From contig JACQHZ010000291.1 in assembly GCA_016198745.1 (NCBI GenBank), positions 819 to 64,818 of the forward strand: DNA of 64,000 nt, given 5' to 3'. The DNA comes from Verrucomicrobiota bacterium (GTDB lineage Bacteria; Verrucomicrobiota; Verrucomicrobiia; JABWAM01). Under the pieces are notes generated by a model, which saw only the letters and a program-made list of their open reading frames with translations, was not told where the DNA came from and made no database searches. This document shows, piece by piece, positions 37,901-45,705 of this stretch. Position numbers and translations under genes: made by a program. The first letter of the stretch is position 1. Every line of letters starts with the position of its first letter.

Positions 37901-38250
37901 AGAGGAAAATTCCTCATGTCAATCCAGTAGCTCGGTCGAGCGCCGCCGGGCGCTTGTTCCGGCGCGCCGACCCACAGGCCTTGACCAATCCTCCCCGGCT
38001 GGAAGACCGACACGCCGGTTGTTGCCGCGGCGTTCGTGGCCGCCGATTCCGCGCGACCAAGCGAAGTGTCCCAGGAAGACCCGATCACGGGCGCCATCGT
38101 TCCGTCCATCGGCGCGTAAAAAAAGACCTTGGTTATGGCGTTGCTGCTGCTGTTTTGACTCTCGGCGAGCAGGTTCATTGCCCCATCGCTCAAGACCAAC
38201 AGAGAAAGAAAAATGCTTTGGACGATGGGTTGTGGAAAGATTCGTTTCAT
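34957..38250 (-). CDS. Secreted LamG-domain plus GH42-like TIM-barrel glycoside hydrolase candidate
   Basis: 1097 aa. The N-terminal LamG pattern is RFYFDGELVG. The remainder resembles GH42/GH35-type barrels. Family assignment is weak. Confidence 0.45.
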   Translation of the reverse strand: MKRIFPQPIVQSIFLSLLVLSDGAMNLLAESQNSSSNAITKVFFYAPMDGTMAPVIGSSWDTSLGRAESAATNAAATTGVSVFQPGRIGQGLWVGAPEQAPGGARPSYWIDMRNFPLDRGSVMLWFKPKGAQIGTLYCSGNATFEMYQTSGDAMLFYAGTHQDFVKGDLHPFMNDLSERWHFVVGVWDADKRRFYFDGELVGSRDGALPLNKCQYGVYPRFYLGFRHGSTSEPDSGFANAILDEFAILRSPLSDEEVKRLWRDGNDPAYKGLIQSLGGGILLHAPRRGYRRGEQVALSVLSYSRGTEARIVAHAEGSTNKWVLGALPSHENRFALNTTDLRPGRYGVSAELWDGAKQVASSPEIVLGVQPESPPAFSLGLWGGITESWQYEMLRKWHIDTWVTYELFPESGLEARMNEAYTYGISAMVNFNVFHHSFYPRISPEKTRDYFDKDGRLSPKGQAEICQILAWADGKDFNNSTGSLPSSIASPSSPVAQEFIKEFVLSVMKRLKDYPGLRFVSFQDEYDLRLEEVNKRLQIGDYNQHAVAHFMQQTGLKGPAFPPVSEPATIFPDQEPYIQWARIIGLPGDCSAPAFERAYRQCHEWVKTVRPDVTTLNISGSEGGELDCVMDYAYTSTWEPTPGYTVSYGRLDFLYDRHRYRQKQRPFKPLAGLPGWWSGDMDQKSKDADLSWCVGDFRLNTQMAIAKGVSMIQWALGDWNGSGAKKEQGILSRDDLKAEFIRWADWCHRYGPMLARLEFRPNRRVAVLLSESNLAGWVHEGHRWPGFLDYTYAALRSANAPVDLVLDQDVLEGRLQEYQALVLFHHRYSAKSVWQKIVEFAKTPGKRLFFSDPKRSDLLPPSAMDIEVVNHELSATGNDPIHRVINTHGEQVMKLKETVTPVLKPADLIVSGSDFISPHQLYGGQARYVFLVNLNLWEPQKIGVSFVHPGDAAYDVMKHERIAVRRKSERIEWNGAIAPADWQMVMLPPQAVESIDLRVNVKEREIELAGAVCGSKKESIPAIWPLEVTVEYPNGQATSHSFVAATDARGCFAARISLGKLTDPPGKYRVSVKEGITGKEAHGTASVGSTNTKHGDTP

Positions 38251-38277
38251 GGTATTGCCAACTCCATTTGAAGACGG

Positions 38278-39681
38278 CTAGAATGGGTAGTCTCCCCCGT
38301 TGGGATGAACGCTACGACCTTCCACGAAACTCCACGAATACCAGGCGACATGCCAATCACAGAAGAGGACGTTGATCCCATTCGAATGCCTTGGAAACGC
38401 GTAGGAGGTGGGTATGGTGAAAGTGCTTGATTGATAAAATCCGCCGTCGAAGCAGAAACAAATCCTCGATGGAATCGGGACGGCCAACGCGGATGACTCA
38501 AGCACTTGATACTTGATCGGATTGGTGAACAAGTAGCTTCTGCCGTAGGTCGTGTCGATGCCCGGTTCGCCGGGCATCGGGGTTGACGGACAATCCACGC
38601 TGCATGGATAAGCAACGCGCGTGCCCAACGGTCCGCCATACTGCGGATATTTCTTGCCGAGGTACCCCATCCAATCCAGCGTGGCAACTCCGCGCAGCCA
38701 TTCCGGCCAGGGCGCGAAATAGACGGAAGCCGGCGGAAGATACTCCTCATTGTCATTCATATACAGGACCAGCGCCGTTCCGATTTGCTTCAGGTTGTTC
38801 ATGCACGCAATCGATTTCGCCTGGTTTCTCGCCGATTTGAGCGATGGCATCAGCAGGGCAGCAAGAATGCTGATAATGGCGACCACCACCAGAAGTTCTA
38901 TTAAGGTGAAGCTCCGCTTGGACGACGCCCCGGTTCTTCGTTTCGGGATCATCTCGCCAACCGATCCCATGTGCCGCATCATCCATTGTCGGTCTTTTTC
39001 TTGGGCGGCGGCCGCAAGCAGATTCGAAAAGATTGGCGCCGTATGCCGGTAAACCAGTTCGACAGCGCCTTCCGCATCACGAGTTCGGAGAGCTTGAATG
39101 ATGCGACGGTGAGTGCGAAGGACGCCTTCGGTGTCCGCGCGATGGTTTTCGACGCTGACGCCGCTCATCCAACTGAACACCTGCACGTGCGCCCCCTGGA
39201 CGAGCGCCTCCACGCGCTGGCTGTTGGCGAGGCCGACCAACAGACGGTGAAACTCCAGGTCGTAATGATCCGCCGCGCGCCAGTCGCCCTTTCGCGACGC
39301 CGACTCCATCGCGTCGCAGGCGTGTTCCATTTCAGCCAGCTTGAACTCCGAGAACCCTCTTCGGCACGCGATCCGCACCGCAAGACACTCCAGCGCTGAG
39401 CGAATCTCGAAGGTCTCCTCAATTTCCTCCACCGTGCAATGCCGCACAAAAAACCCCGCATTTCGCACCCGCTCCACCAGTCCTTCGCCGACCAGTCGCA
39501 TCAGCGCCTCACGAATGTGAAATCGTCCTGCGCCGAGATGCTCGGCGAGCGGCGTCTCGGTCAGGTGCGTCTCCGGTGGAAATTGCCCTTCGAGAATTGC
39601 ATAACGAATTTCTGAGTACGCCCGATCCACCGGCGAACCGGCGGTCAAGGGCGGATTCAGCCTGGATTTCATTCTGATCAT
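38278..39681 (-). CDS. Fusion protein: GntR/FadR-family regulator (HTH plus FCD domain) fused in-frame to a pseudopilin-like TM helix and DUF1559 (H-X9-DG) domain
   Basis: - Residues 1-230: GntR HTH ([52 protein letters not shown]) plus an FCD-like helical domain.
- Basic linker: [11 protein letters not shown].
- Then [25 protein letters not shown] (N_methyl motif) and a DUF1559 domain ending [13 protein letters not shown].
- Single uninterrupted 467-codon ORF, first gene of the 11-gene operon. Confidence 0.75.
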   Translation of the reverse strand: MIRMKSRLNPPLTAGSPVDRAYSEIRYAILEGQFPPETHLTETPLAEHLGAGRFHIREALMRLVGEGLVERVRNAGFFVRHCTVEEIEETFEIRSALECLAVRIACRRGFSEFKLAEMEHACDAMESASRKGDWRAADHYDLEFHRLLVGLANSQRVEALVQGAHVQVFSWMSGVSVENHRADTEGVLRTHRRIIQALRTRDAEGAVELVYRHTAPIFSNLLAAAAQEKDRQWMMRHMGSVGEMIPKRRTGASSKRSFTLIELLVVVAIISILAALLMPSLKSARNQAKSIACMNNLKQIGTALVLYMNDNEEYLPPASVYFAPWPEWLRGVATLDWMGYLGKKYPQYGGPLGTRVAYPCSVDCPSTPMPGEPGIDTTYGRSYLFTNPIKYQVLESSALAVPIPSRICFCFDGGFYQSSTFTIPTSYAFPRHSNGINVLFCDWHVAWYSWSFVEGRSVHPNGGDYPF

Positions 39682-39694
39682 GCGTATTGTTTAT

Positions 39695-39708
39695 CATTGT
39701 TAACAATG
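39695..39708. promoter_or_regulatory. Perfect 14-bp palindrome CATTGTTAACAATG (GntR-type operator candidate) inside an AT-rich promoter region 39685-39830
   Basis: It matches the GntR-family operator consensus (T.GT-N-AC.A). It lies 14 bp upstream of the GntR-pilin fusion start codon. The surrounding 150 bp are markedly AT-rich compared with the window. Confidence 0.4.
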
Positions 39709-40017
39709 ACTGTCAATATAAAAAAGAGCGCGAAACAACAAGCAAATGGTTACAGCCAGGCAGCGCCAAATCGACCTCTTTTGCATTAAACGTTTACATA
39801 AGTTAGAACCGTGACGATTGTGTCAAGTTAGGCGGCTTTTTTGAGGGGCGTTTTGATCTGGGCGTGATCGAGCAGGCGCTGCACTTCCGTTTCTCCAGGC
39901 GCGACCCGGGGCGGTGTAACCGTCCGCGTGGGATTGGCGGAGCGCTTGCGAGCAGTCAGCCCCAGCGTGGCCGCCGGCGGATGATGCGTTTGCTCGAACG
40001 GGAGGAAGCTGTTCTAA

Positions 40018-40344
40018 TCACGCCATGAGAAACGCCCGAGTCACAACGATCGCGCTCGTTCCCGCCAGAGGTCTGAACGAACTGCGCCGCCATCTCGCGG
40101 AAGTGTGAAAAACGGCCGCAACGGAGAATCCCGACGCAATCTGGCCCCCCACGGTGACGACGTGCGTGTGCGCCGCTGTGGTTCCCGGATCGCGCCTCAA
40201 AATCTCCCGCGCCCAGTCCGGGTTCTTCTTGAATGCGCCGCCGTACTGGCGGAACGACTCGGCCATCGCCGCCGCAATCGCCGCGATCTCGGCTGCGCGC
40301 GCCTCACGAACGCAAATGGATTCCGTCTTCATGTTCGACACCAT
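40018..40344 (-). pseudogene. GNAT acetyltransferase fragment (N-terminal ~70 codons homologous to gene 16613..17650, then unrelated sequence)
   Basis: MKTESICVREARAAEIAAIAAAMAESFRQYGGAFKKNPDWAREILRRDPGTTAAHTHVVTV is nearly identical to the N-terminus of the complete GNAT gene. Homology stops near 40130. Confidence 0.6.
40130..40344 (-). repeat. Direct repeat copy B (5' 215 bp of GNAT gene)
   Basis: Same orientation as copy A at 17440-17650, and 22.7 kb away. Homology starts at the ATG in both copies. Confidence 0.7.
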
Positions 40345-40457
40345 GCCTCAACTTTGAAACTTAAATTCACCTTTGCCCTTGAGTTCGGTTTGGCCCCGAG
40401 CAAGCGCGTCCGAATGCGGTCGCCAGAACATCAGCCAGACCGCGCCGAGGAGCAGCG

Positions 40458-41657
40458 TTAAAACTCCAAGCACTCGTAGAATTCGGAGAAGGTGGGACAC
40501 GGCTTTCTTATGAACAAGCATTTCGTAAATGCAAGGCCGGTGAACAGGTTGCCCTGATCCGTTTTCCCGTCGGGATATACATCGCCGGTCACGAGGTCGA
40601 GCGTTTCATAAAACTTCTCGTGATCGTATCCGTACCAGGTGAGCATCGCGTTGGTGGTGATCGGAACGCGCACGCCTTCCTGCCGCAACCATTCGCGTTG
40701 CAGTCCCCAGCATTCTCGGATTTGGTGGTCCATGAAAAGGCCATAAAGTTGGTGAAGGCAGGGGTTCGACCCCGCTTCGGGCAGGGGCGCCTCCTCGAAT
40801 GCTCGCGAAGTGCGGCCCAAAAAAAACTGGCCGACCTTGAAGTTGAACGTTTCGATCTCTTCGAACAGCCGCTTCAACCACTGCTGAAAACTGCGGTGAC
40901 ACAGCGGACAATAACAAAACGGGCGCCCGATTTCGTTGTCAATTTGCCAGCCGATGACCGATGGGCACTGCGCATAGCGCCGGGCCATGGCTCGAACGAT
41001 GCGTTCGCAATTCTCGCGATAGCGCGGCGACGTCGGGCAGGTATGGCGTCGCACGCCGGTTCCGTAACTGCGCCCGTCCATTTTCACGGGCACAATCTCG
41101 GGGTGCTTCAGACAAAGCCAGTCGGGCGGCGATCCCGTCGGCGTGGCAAGAATCACGTTGATTCCGCGATCGGCAAGGATGCGAATGAAGTGATCCAGCT
41201 TTGGATCGAGACGACAGCCGAAACTGGCCGTCGCCGTGCCCGGCCCGACGCCGAGTCCGAGCAACGGACGAATCGGGTTGTGGAGTTTCAACGGCGCGAG
41301 CAGTCCGCACAGTTCGGTAGCGAGTTGCTCGGGCGAGCAGGCTTCGACTTGCGTCCGCCGTTCCTTCTGTCCGCCCTTCGGGATGCCTTCGCCCGCGTCG
41401 GGGTCGGCCTGGCGATTGAGATGAAACACCGGGTGCGGCCGCGGCCGTCCCGCTTGCGCCGCCAGGTCGGCCGCGAACCCGTCGCACGCGGGGTTCGCCC
41501 GCAACGCGGCCGCCAGTTCGGTCAGAGCATCGTCAACGTGTTGGTTCATACGAATTACTAAGCAGTCGGTATTTACGCCATCTCCAGCGATTCTCATGGT
41601 TTTTCCAAAATGCGAGTGCTTGTGGGGGATCCATATCTCCTTGATAAGTTGCGACAT
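40458..41657 (-). pseudogene. GH42-like beta-galactosidase fragment (TIM-barrel portion only; trimerisation and C-terminal domains missing)
   Basis: VILATPTGSPPDWLCLKHPEIVPV...RYAQCPSVIGWQIDNEIG...CYCPLC is the GH42 order, including the catalytic acid NE and the Cys cluster. GH42 enzymes are about 650-700 aa. The N-terminal 100 aa look degenerate. It abuts the GNAT fragment. Confidence 0.5.
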
Positions 41658-44600
41658 CGGATCTCGAGTGCCTGAACCACGGAGGATTGAACCACCGCGT
41701 CGTCTTTGATGCGAATCCAGGCCGCCCGACCATTGAATTCCACCTTATCGAACTGGTGCAGGCCATCCTTCTCACTATACAAAACCATGTCCGTGAACGT
41801 TTCCCTTTGGAGACGAAGACCCACGCGCACCCCCTCCGAGTCAGACTCCGTGATTTCGATTGGCTCCACGGTTGTGATAGGGGGCTGATCGCCGCGAATT
41901 TCCATGACCGAAACAAAGACTGTGTTTCGTGCTTGCCGTCGAGCAACGAACATGGAGCGAAGCGGCTGGTGCTTCATGCAACCAGGGCTCTGACAGGCAA
42001 AAATCGTGGTTTCCGGAATGGGCATGAGTCTGAATACCAGATCGGTAAATCCCTTGGGCGTGTTGAAGGGCCATCTGACCGAATACTCAGAGTCACAGCG
42101 ACGCTTGGCAATGACATCCACATCCTGATACCCGTTGCCGATCCCCAGCTTGGTTTCTGGAGAAGCGGGGAAATTTGACGGGTCTTTCCAGTCGCTATCG
42201 ACGTGGAGGACGTAGTCGTATTGGTGTTGGTTGGCGCTGCGACAAATAAAGACATCGACCAGACAATCCGGGCCGAGGATGAGCGCCCGCCGCAATCCCA
42301 CGTCGGGATAACATGCGTCCGCCGATGCGCCCACGGCTTGAAGGAATGAATCACCGTGAAAGAAATCCAGGCGGCCGGTGTTGGGCTTCCGACTGTCGTC
42401 CCCAATGCGGTGGCTGGTTTCGTCCACAACGACCGTGTTGTAGGATATGCTGGTGCGTTGATACTCCTCGTAGCCCGGCTGATGATAAGTGCTGGTCCGG
42501 TATACTGGAAAGGCTCCCCGTGCATAGAGAATGTACGCAAGTCGATCGCCGTGATTGTGCCCGCCGCCATAGGGACCGTAGGTGAATGCCAATACCGGCG
42601 CATCGGGGTTGGATTCATCCTGACGAAGAACGGCGAAGCCCGTGGAGGGAAAGAGCGTGCTGCCATTCTCGGCCACACCGGTGTTGGCAAAACGTCCGGT
42701 GCCAATCTTGAACTCTGCGTCTTTGGGAAAGGTCTCGTCCCACCATATCAGCCGGGACCAACCATTCAGAGCCGTCTGATTGAACCAGGCATACCGAGGC
42801 TCCTGGTATCGGAGCCATGCCAGGTAATAGTGTTCACCCCCATACCACTTGTTTGCCACCGCGTCGCCGAAGGTCGGCGCCGTATGATCCGGGAACATAA
42901 AGTACAAGAGGGCATCGAAAGCCATTTTAAGGGTCTTGGGACCGTTGTCGCCGTCCACCGGATAGTGCTCGCCATAGTCCTCCAGACAGGTATCCGGCAC
43001 CGGGGTATGCCAAAGATCCACATTATTGTTGTAGGCAGCTTCGGCCAAGTCGTACAAGGGAGGCATGGCGGTGGTCACGTGGTAGCTGATGCTCTTCTCC
43101 CACCACAACCCGTCGTCACTGACCTGGCTGGCGACCTGCTTGAGAAACCCATAGGGACCAAACACCGCCCAGCGGATATACTTTTCTTCGCAGATACAAA
43201 AGCCAGTTAGTCCCACCGCGCCAATCCGCATGTTCTGAAAGTTGGTGGCGGTGTGACATAGGTCTTTTTCGCCCCTGCGATTAATCATGAGGTCGTCCGC
43301 CATGGGGCGAAAGAGATCATCCTCGATGTGTTGTTTGTCTTTTTCGGAGAGAACTGGGCATGGATAAAGCAGGTCGTAGGATCGAACTGCTGAATTCAGC
43401 CAACATGCATCCGTGAATTGCCATGCGGTAACGCGCCCTTCGTCATGCTGGAAAGGAAGGTTGCGGTAACGGTCCGCCCAATCGAGAAGCGTCTCGCGGA
43501 CCTTTTTTGCGAATTCCTCTTGTCCCGTCAGAACATAGGCGGCGGCTTGCTGGAAAGTCTGATCGTAGGGGCCTTTCTGGCTGGCGCGGCGGAGAACGTC
43601 CTGGACGCAATCTTTAGCCCAAGGGAACTTTTTGACCCTCGCTTTTGCCCTTTCGATTTGCGCTTGAGTGTAGAGCAGACGCGGATGGCGTCGAATGCCG
43701 GTTGTATTCGGGTCCACCTTCTTCACTTCCGGAGGGGACCACGATTCCCCGGGACCGACACCCAGGATTCCGTTCAGGCCTTGGCCTGCGATTTCCAGCG
43801 GTTGCGGTTCCGCAGGTTTCATCCACACAACCGCCCCGCGCTGTCTCTTGACGTTCTCGGCCACCACGCCGTATTCCTCATCCCGTTTCCCTTCGGGATC
43901 GGTGAACAGGAACACCCCTTCGCGGGATGCCTTCTTGTCAATCACCCTCTCCATCTGTCCTGCCGCCCGGCGGTTTAGGACAAGGTATTCTTTCACCGGC
44001 TCGCCTGAAAGCGCATCCCAGCGGATCGTGACACCCCCCTTGCGATTGGGGCAGACGAACACATTCCGAACAGTTCCAGGTGTTGCCACCGCCTGGACCA
44101 GTGCCCGGACAACACCGGAACCTGTTCCCACCTCCCCAGCGAGGTTCAGCGAAAAGACTTGATAATATACCTCGCTGTTGGGCGGTACGGCGGAATCCTC
44201 AAAGACCTCCGATACCGTCTCACCAAGAATCTTCTTATTACTCATATCAGGTGAGGTCGAACGGAAAATACGATACCGAAACACCCCGCGAAGTTCGTCC
44301 GGCATCTTCCAACTCAACCTTATGGCGCCGCGGGGAAGAATGAACGCTGCCGCACAGGTGGGCGGGGGAGAAACTTCTCCGCTGAACGCAGTAATGCACA
44401 CATTGTCATAGGCATATTCATAACGATTGAAGTGCTGGAAACCGAGCTTCCCCTTGACCGGAACCTCCTTTGTGACCAAAAGCTCTTCCACCGAAACGTC
44501 CGGCCGTCGCCGGTATACAGCCGCTTCGCCGTTTGTGACCACCAGACGCATGACGTACGGTTGATTGACCTGAAACGACGTTGGCGTCAGGCGAAGTTCA

Positions 44601-44959
44601 TTCTCAGGCACGCTTCCTCCCTCGCCCGCTCCCGCCACGATCACGGCTCTCTCATCTCCCTTGTCCGCCAAACGCACCATGGTCCATTGCATGACAACAT
44701 TTCGAAAAGATTGTTTGGTCAAGAGGAGCGCATGGGCATAGGAATCCTGCCACTCGCTGTTGCTGGCGATAAGCCTTCCCCCCTCAACCCGGAATCCTTT
44801 GTCGCGACGGCTCCAAAACTCCGCCCAGACAGGCGGGGTGTCGAAGTTGTCCTTGTACTGAACGAATTCTTCGCCCGCGGCAAGGGGGTTGCTGAAAACC
44901 AACAGCAAGATAACCCCGGTAAAATACGCAACACTCATTCTACTAAAATAAAACAGCAA
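41594..44959 (-). CDS. Secreted heparinase II/III-family protein (PL12/PL21-like) with N-terminal beta-sandwich/FN3-like domains
   Basis: Signal peptide present. The C-terminal half carries an alginate-lyase-like toroid and the Hepar_II_III-like motif PYGGGHNHGDRLAYILYARG. 1121 aa. Confidence 0.6.
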   Translation of the reverse strand: MLFYFSRMSVAYFTGVILLLVFSNPLAAGEEFVQYKDNFDTPPVWAEFWSRRDKGFRVEGGRLIASNSEWQDSYAHALLLTKQSFRNVVMQWTMVRLADKGDERAVIVAGAGEGGSVPENELRLTPTSFQVNQPYVMRLVVTNGEAAVYRRRPDVSVEELLVTKEVPVKGKLGFQHFNRYEYAYDNVCITAFSGEVSPPPTCAAAFILPRGAIRLSWKMPDELRGVFRYRIFRSTSPDMSNKKILGETVSEVFEDSAVPPNSEVYYQVFSLNLAGEVGTGSGVVRALVQAVATPGTVRNVFVCPNRKGGVTIRWDALSGEPVKEYLVLNRRAAGQMERVIDKKASREGVFLFTDPEGKRDEEYGVVAENVKRQRGAVVWMKPAEPQPLEIAGQGLNGILGVGPGESWSPPEVKKVDPNTTGIRRHPRLLYTQAQIERAKARVKKFPWAKDCVQDVLRRASQKGPYDQTFQQAAAYVLTGQEEFAKKVRETLLDWADRYRNLPFQHDEGRVTAWQFTDACWLNSAVRSYDLLYPCPVLSEKDKQHIEDDLFRPMADDLMINRRGEKDLCHTATNFQNMRIGAVGLTGFCICEEKYIRWAVFGPYGFLKQVASQVSDDGLWWEKSISYHVTTAMPPLYDLAEAAYNNNVDLWHTPVPDTCLEDYGEHYPVDGDNGPKTLKMAFDALLYFMFPDHTAPTFGDAVANKWYGGEHYYLAWLRYQEPRYAWFNQTALNGWSRLIWWDETFPKDAEFKIGTGRFANTGVAENGSTLFPSTGFAVLRQDESNPDAPVLAFTYGPYGGGHNHGDRLAYILYARGAFPVYRTSTYHQPGYEEYQRTSISYNTVVVDETSHRIGDDSRKPNTGRLDFFHGDSFLQAVGASADACYPDVGLRRALILGPDCLVDVFICRSANQHQYDYVLHVDSDWKDPSNFPASPETKLGIGNGYQDVDVIAKRRCDSEYSVRWPFNTPKGFTDLVFRLMPIPETTIFACQSPGCMKHQPLRSMFVARRQARNTVFVSVMEIRGDQPPITTVEPIEITESDSEGVRVGLRLQRETFTDMVLYSEKDGLHQFDKVEFNGRAAWIRIKDDAVVQSSVVQALEIRCRNLSRRYGSPTSTRILEKP

Positions 44960-44980
44960 AGACTTCTCTGGATGAATCTG

Positions 44981-45688
44981 CTATGGAATAGTTTTCCTTT
45001 TCTCAGTGTTTCCAGGCATCTTCTCGTCTATTTGGAGCGTTACATCATCAATATACACAACCAATTTTCCATCCCCCTTCCGCGCGCCCGTGATGCTCAC
45101 CATCCAGCCAACCACCGTTGCGGTGCCGGGCTTGTAGTCAGTGTATTTTGCGTTCCTCGCTATTTCCTCGTTCACATTGATTTCGTAATGATGCCATCCG
45201 CTGTTCTCATCAATAGAGCGCTTCGGCGTAAGCGGCGCCGAACCGCTTGGCTGTCCAGTTGTTTCCTTTATTCCATTCACCAGCACCGCCAGCTTGACCG
45301 CCGACGAGTCAGAACCCTCAACATATAAGTACCCTGACAGCACGGCGTTGCCTTCTTTAATGGCCACAGTTGGAGAAAAGGCGTGTTTCAAATACACATA
45401 TACAATACTGTCATCCAAACGCGTAATATCACACTTGAGCGAACATTTTCCAGAATGGGCCTTTTCACTGGAAATCCCCTTGTAGTTGATCATCACCTTT
45501 TCATTTCCAAAAGCCTGCTTCTCAATGGGTCCCGTGATGGAAGAAGTAAAACCGGGATTACCGCCTTGTATTGCTTTCACATCGTCATCGTCTTCATTCT
45601 CATAACTATTTGTATGGGCCGGTTCCGACCCCACACTGACGCCAGTGATCATGGTCATCAGTAAGGATGAGTATAGGATGCGTTTCAT
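44981..45688 (-). CDS. Small secreted hypothetical protein (235 aa), compositionally atypical (lower GC)
   Basis: Signal peptide MKRILYSSLLMTMITGVSVGS. It has an acidic stretch NEDDDDV and is rich in beta-strand-forming residues. Its GC content is visibly lower than that of its neighbours. Confidence 0.6.
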   Translation of the reverse strand: MKRILYSSLLMTMITGVSVGSEPAHTNSYENEDDDDVKAIQGGNPGFTSSITGPIEKQAFGNEKVMINYKGISSEKAHSGKCSLKCDITRLDDSIVYVYLKHAFSPTVAIKEGNAVLSGYLYVEGSDSSAVKLAVLVNGIKETTGQPSGSAPLTPKRSIDENSGWHHYEINVNEEIARNAKYTDYKPGTATVVGWMVSITGARKGDGKLVVYIDDVTLQIDEKMPGNTEKRKTIP

Positions 45689-45705
45689 AAGCGAATCTCC
45701 TTTGA

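Noticed and set aside
17440-40344. The 22.7-kb block as an integrative or transposable element.
   Set aside because: There is no integrase, transposase, terminal inverted repeats or tRNA attachment site. The flanking repeats are gene-derived homology, not short target-site duplications.
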